64,000 nt of DNA, from NCBI GenBank assembly GCA_964019335.1, contig OZ025703.1, positions 310,001 to 374,000 on the forward strand. The letters are read 5' to 3'. Below are positions 58,601 through 64,000 of this stretch, piece by piece. The notes under the pieces are model-generated. The model was not told the origin of the DNA. It made no database searches and worked only from the letters and a program-made list of their open reading frames with translations. A program made the position numbers and the translations under genes. Source of the stretch: Diplonema japonicum. Lineage: Eukaryota > Protista > Euglenozoa: Diplonemea. How positions within the stretch are numbered: the first letter of the stretch is position 1; every line of letters begins with the position of its first letter.

Positions 58601-60442
58601 AGCCGACTGCCCAGCCGACAGCCGAACCAATGGGAGCTCCTTCAGACCAGTCACCCGGTGACGCCCCTGTAGATGAAACTGATATCCCGACAGCGGAACC
58701 GACTTCTGTTCCCACGTCAATTCCCACTTCCGAGCCCACACCTGTACCGCCGTTGCCTACCCCTACACCTACGGTTACGATGACAGGAGAGGGAAGCGTG
58801 ACAACAACTGGGACCCTAACGATCGCCAAAGCAGAGCCGACTTCCGAACCGACAGCCCAGCCTACTGCGGAACCAACATCCGAGCCAACGGCTCAGCCCA
58901 CTGCAGAGCCGACAGCCGAACCAATGGGAGCTCCTTCAGACCAGTCACCCGGTGACGCCCCTGTAGATGAAACTGATATCCCAACTGCAGAACCGACTTC
59001 TGTTCCCACGTCAATTCCCACTCCTGAGCCTGTGTCGCCGTTGCTTACCCCGACACCTACACTCACACCTTCACCGAGCGTGACTAAGACTGATACAGGA
59101 GCTGCTACAGATACGAAAAGCATGACAATTACGGTGACTCTTGCACAGACTCCATCATTGACGATATCAGAGTCCGTTACAGAAATATTGACGGATACCG
59201 AGAGCACAATGTCAACAAAAACGAAGACACCGTCACCCACAGAGACGGAAACAAAGACGGATCAGCTCCCGACACCCACGAAGACAGAGGAGCTATCGTC
59301 AACACGGACGACGACGATGACCGCAACAGCGCCCCCGGTACCCACTGGGACAAAGCCCGCTACGGGGACGGAAACAGAGAGCGCAACGCTAACATCAACG
59401 CTTACAGCTACTCTTCTGGATACGATTGCAACACGGACACCCACGGTGACGGAAACCACGACGCACACGGAAACCATAGTGCTCTCTACACCGACAGAGA
59501 CAGAGACAGAGACAGAGACCATAGTGCTCTCTACACCAACAGGGACGGAGACCACAACAGGGACGGTGAGCTCAACGCTGACGGAGAGCATTCACGTCCC
59601 CCAGCCTGCTGTAACGACAACACCTACGATGGAGACAGCAACACTGACATTGACTGCAACACAGAGGACAGCAACACAGACAGGGACAGCAACACAATCA
59701 GGGACAGGGACACAAACAGGGACGGCAACACAGACGGGGACAGCAACACAGACGGGGACAGCAACACAGACAGGAACATGGACACTGACTGGGACAGCAA
59801 CACAAACAGGGACAAGGACACAGACTGAGACACAGACAGGGACAGCGACGCTGACTCCCACCGAGACGCGGCACCCATCACTGACAGGGACGGGGACGCT
59901 CCCCACAGCCACGTGGACTGTCACTGAGACAACAACAGCCACCGTGCCAACGCCAACGGCTACCGACACGAAGACAATTTCAGCAACTGCAACAGTGACA
60001 GAGACTTTGAAGATACAGCAGCCAACTAATGCACCGGCAACCCTCAGCCCAAACACAGCTGCTCCAACCGGGTACAGCGGGTACCCCTTCGAGCTGTGGG
60101 TAAATGGCATGACCATTGACCAGCTGCGGAGGCAGGACGTGCAGCGAGCAATTCTGGACGGTGTGGCTGCGTACCTCAAGGTATTTGACCACACATAAAC
60201 AACCTACCTACCTACCTACCTAGATAGCCGACGGGTACGTGCAGCCGGGTGAAGGAGGCTTCCAAGTGTTCGACGGGTCCAACTGGGTGGTGTGCATCAA
60301 TAAATCTTTTTTCCTTAAACCCCGATAGGACATCACGACCACCTCGGCTAGGCACGCCAACGTGCTGCAGAACGCGGTAACAAACACGCTGAAGGTAAGG
60401 GGGAGCGTGTGGTGGGCAACAGCCGCAGCACCAGTATGAATA

Positions 60443-60476
<34 letters not shown>

Positions 60477-62166
60477 AGGTAACAGATATCATCAAAACTG
60501 GGGTGACAACAGGCGAGCTGACCCAAGCCATCACTGTTGAGCTGAACAACATAGGCGTTGATGCGGCGATGAACATCGTCTTCGTTCCTGTGGGCGGGTA
60601 TGCGTCACCATATTCAAAAAAAAAAAAAAAAAAAAAAAAAAAAACAGAAGCTCTGGGAACCGATTTTACGACAACATATGGATGATGGTCGCTGCAGGGT
60701 GCATCTTTATCATAATAGTGCTGCTTGTGGTGTGGTGGGTGGTGAACTGCAGGAAGGGTAGAACAAGCCCGGAGAGATCGCACAGCGAGGTGAAGAACGA
60801 CGAGGCAGAAGCCGTTGTGTTCGGCAACGTACCGGAGATCCCCGACGAGGAGGTGAGGGCGGCACCACCGACCATCACACGGAAATACGAGTTCGACAGA
60901 ATTGGAGAGGCGGCGATACAAAACGATAGGGATATCAGCACCTCACCCTCACCTCTACCCCCTCCACCAAAACGGGAAATGCGGTCCCACCACGTGATCG
61001 AAGTCAGTGAAAGTGAAGACCACGACGATACTGATGATGATGACGATGGGTTCAATTCGAAACAATCTCCAGCAGGACGGCCAGCCCGCAAGACGAACAT
61101 TATAGCTAGCGCGTCTCCCAATTTTTCAAGAGGTGTTTCATCTGCCTCACCATTGACAACCATCCACCACCCGCTGCCCGCCTCTCACAGGCGGAGCAGA
61201 TATCCAACAGAACTACTGGAAAAGGAACGTATTGTGGAGTTAATGCGAGCGAGACGAGCTATGAAACGGCAGTGGCAGGCTCAGTTGGAAAGACCATCTA
61301 GAAAAGGAGAGTTTTCATCGGCGTCGGGGTACAAAGGGATTCAAAGTTTGATTGATGAAATGAAGCCGACAGCGGCGTATGAACAGTATAAAAAAGACCG
61401 GGAGGCGAAGAAACTGCAGCACAACGAATCGGGGGTCGACTCCGAACCCGAAAAACACGTAGATATCGATTTGAAAACAGCCGCGATGGTCAACTACCTG
61501 ACACAGAAAATGGGACGACAGCACTGGCAAGATGTGACCGGAGCCGACATCAAACTAGAACACATCAACGTGATCATGTCGGTGGTCCGAAACCTCCGAA
61601 CGGTACGAAACAGCAACACGCGCCTAACGCCGAAGGAGCTCTACATATCGTCCCCTGAAATCTACCATTTGTACAAAGTCAGCCATGATTCACCGTTTTA
61701 CGGCGATTTCAAAACACAGCGATCCAAGGTTCGAAAGGGCAGCTGTGATATTATCGAACACGTTTTTATGCTCGGCCCAGACAGTTTTGAGATTCAAGTC
61801 CCGTATACAAACACCACCACTGTCAAGGATCTGGTCAAAGCTGTGAAGGAACGGTACCCTGGGTCTGAGAATGTGAAGGTTGTAATTTGTTATAAGGACA
61901 CGAAATTGTCCGCCAAGAAGAATACGCTCGTTTCTTATGGGATCAAAGCATCCACTAGCCTGACCTTCTATTTCCCTAAAGGGCAGCCCAGCTTCCTTAG
62001 CCCGGTACAGAGGAATAAGAAGAATAGTGTGGCAGCAGCCGCCGCCGGTTCCGTTGTGGTGCACAGGCCTGTTGAAGCTCTCAAGGAAGACGACGATGAT
62101 ATAGTCTTTACTCCTTCCGCCGACTCTGCAGGATCGCCTGATGACCTGCCAGGAGTGATTGCATAA
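52601..62166 (+). CDS. Giant mucin-like type-I membrane protein (~2773 aa) with a cytoplasmic ubiquitin-like domain; exons 52601-55790, 56858-60180, 60224-60289, 60329-60433, 60479-60597, 60648-62166
   Basis: Signal peptide, Cys-rich N-terminal module, >2000 aa of P/T/A/D/E repeats, TM helix (MVAAGCIFIIIVLLVVWWVV) and Ubl-like TTVKDLVKAVKE...YKDTKL..KNTLVSYGIK. The six exons sum to 8322 nt in one open frame with GT-AG boundaries. Confidence 0.78.
53411..55530 (+). repeat. Near-identical intragenic segmental duplications in the mucin-like gene
   Basis: The block starting PATVPVDEATPMDGPVEQ at ~53413 recurs at ~54812. DSPVDEVVTSSPTSAPSAAPTQEP occurs three times. Confidence 0.9.
57722..59030 (+). 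repeat. Coding repeats: 4 copies of the PTAEPMGAPSDQSPGDAPVDETDIPTAEPTSVPTS block plus a 36-bp (GEGSTTATETLT) tandem array at ~57880-58230
   Basis: Directly visible in DNA and protein. Confidence 0.9.
59665..59850 (+). repeat. 18-bp coding tandem repeat (TATQTG)n
   Basis: ACAGCAACACAGACGGGG-like units. Confidence 0.85.
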
Positions 62167-62382
62167 AAAAAAAAAAAAGATGGAATCTTTCTTTCTCCCT
62201 CCCCCCCCCCCCCCCCCGCATTTGCTTTTTTTAAAAAAAACAACCTTTTTCCCCATAGAATTTTTTGTTGTTGTTGTTGCTGCAGAAACGAGAAACGAGA
62301 GGAAAAAAAAAAAAAAAAAAAGAAGAAGAAAAAAAATACCCTATACTCCCTTTATTTCTGTGCCTATGGGGAGTTTTTTTTT

Positions 62383-62413
<31 letters not shown>

Positions 62414-63443
62414 GAAAAAAAAAAAAAAAAAAAAAAAACCATATCGCATGAATGAATATTAGATTTTAATTTATAAAAAAAAAAAAAAAAAAAAAAGGAA
62501 CGGGGAGGGGGTATCATCACTAGGGAGTGAGCCCCCTTTTCTCCCCCTATTAAAACTATTTTTTTTTTTTTTTTGCATATGAACAAGAAAAAAACAATAA
62601 TATTGATATTGAATTGTTAGTGCTAAAAAGAGTAGTGGTAGCATTGTTGAGATTTTCCTTCTACAGGTTCATCCCGGCTGTGCACAAACAACAATCACCC
62701 GACTCTTTTCTCTCTCTTTTTTTTTCTTCCTTTTTTTTTTCTTCTGCATGAAAACAATCAAACAAAACATTTTTTTTGTTTAGAAACCTCTCTTTTCCTA
62801 ACCGAAAATAGATTTTTTTTTCACCCCCCTTCCTCTTCGTGTTTCTAGCTGTTGGGGGGAAGAGAGAGCTGGTAAGTAGAAATAGAGCAAACAGACATTG
62901 GGAAAGATTCAACAAAGATGTGAAAGAAAAAAAAAAAGAGGGGGAGGAAGCAATAACCGGGGCATTTTTCTAAACAACTTTTTTTTTTTTTGTTTTTTTT
63001 TTTTTGCCTTCAGAAAGCTTTGAGCTTCTATAAACCCTAAACCATTTTTTTTTTTCCTCTCTTTCTTTTCCTTTTCTGGTGTTTTTTTTTTTTCTTACAC
63101 CTCCATCGCTATCTCCCTTACCATTGAGGCTTTGAGTAGAAGAAAACAAAAAGGGGGGGGGGGAAGAAAAAACCGAGAGAGGGGAAGCAGGGGGCGAACG
63201 AAAGAATTGAGGAGTATAAAATAAAAAAAAAAGAACAAAAATTGTCAATCCCTTCTTTTTTTTTTCCATTCGAGAATAACAAAAAAAAGAAAAAAAAACA
63301 CGTTCTACCACGTCACCACCGCTGAACCTTTCTATCTAAAGGATCGCACCTTTTTCCTTCTTTCGCCCTCCTCCCAATACAGTTCTCTATTCCTATGTTT
63401 CTGTCTTTGCTGTGAACTGCTCCAAAGATCAATTGACGGGAAA

Positions 63444-63480
<37 letters not shown>

Positions 63481-63872
63481 GGATTTTTTAGTCCCACCTC
63501 CCCCCCTGTTCTTCAACGGTGAATGCACGTTTAATTTGAAAAAAAAAAAAAAAAAAAAGGTGTTTTCCTTCCCTTGCTCGTGTTTTTATTTATTTATATT
63601 CTCAATAACAATGAAGAAGAAGAAGAAGAAGAAAAAAAGAAGTAAAATTCAATCACAAAAAAAAAAAGAAAAAAAAAAGAACAGTAGTACCACTGATGTA
63701 CCCCCCTTTGATTGCCAAATAGAAACAAAACAAAAAAAAAAAGAAGGGGTAAAGAACGAAAGAAGAAGAAAAAAAAAAGAAGAAGAAAACCTTCTGCTCA
63801 AAAAAAATTAAAAAAAATAAAAAAAAAAAAGTGTGTGCTATTGAACACCTATCCGACCTCCGTTGGTAGCAT

Positions 63873-63914
<42 letters not shown>

Positions 63915-64000
63915 ATCCCCCCTCGCCGCATCCAGGGGAAAAAAAAAAGGAGAAATAAAATATTCAGCCGAAGTACAGCTGAGGCGACACGTCGACGTCC

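Noticed and set aside
52987-60194. Long minus-strand V/G/S/A-rich ORFs
   Set aside because: They are antisense shadows of the P/T-rich repeat coding strand.
5071-60647. Programmed frameshifting, stop-codon reassignment or non-canonical introns as the explanation for broken ORFs
   Set aside because: Every break in a host gene is resolved by a GT-AG intron that restores frame and, where checkable, conserved motifs. TAA, TAG and TGA all serve as terminal stops.
63860-63880. CCGTTGGTAG matching part of the piggyBac right TIR
   Set aside because: Only 10 bp match, the terminal ATGG-TTAA is absent and there is no partner end in the window.
1564-64000. Numerous poly-Lys/poly-Phe ORFs, and K/F-rich N-terminal extensions of real ORFs
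   Set aside because: They are translations of intergenic or intronic A/T homopolymers; real starts were moved to the ATG after the A run.
1-64000. rRNA, snRNA, SL RNA or SRP RNA genes
   Set aside because: No recognisable conserved motifs were found by eye; a covariance-model search is needed to exclude divergent ncRNAs.

Overview
This is eukaryotic nuclear DNA with the standard genetic code, most consistent with a euglenozoan protist (diplonemid-like; inference). It holds 24 protein-coding genes, all on the + strand, separated by spacers extremely rich in homopolymer runs. Eleven genes are interrupted by 26 GT-AG introns that I reconstructed by hand (24 of them 34-101 nt, plus one of 397 nt and one of 1067 nt); splicing them restores conserved protein motifs. 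Recognisable genes: NDUFA13, an EEP-family hydrolase, a MORN/kinesin-14-like protein, a C11orf54-like hydrolase, a PKD2-type channel, a membrane cyclase-like protein, an MMPL transporter, archease, a TPT-family transporter, a TPR-CHY-RING E3, a kinesin, a SPAG8-like protein, a cNMP-gated K+ channel, mitoribosomal bL28m, a metacaspase-like protein, a DHHC palmitoyltransferase and a ~2770-aa mucin-like membrane protein. Mobile DNA includes an internally deleted piggyBac element, hAT-like and mariner-like MITEs and a hAT transposase relic. The most unusual signal is the intron architecture: many 3' splice sites follow poly(A) tracts rather than polypyrimidine tracts, AAG acceptors are frequent, and introns sit mostly in the 3' part of genes. 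Three apparent pseudo-enzymes are also present (kinesin-14, class III cyclase, metacaspase). All splice models and family calls were made by eye and are not validated by RNA data or database searches.
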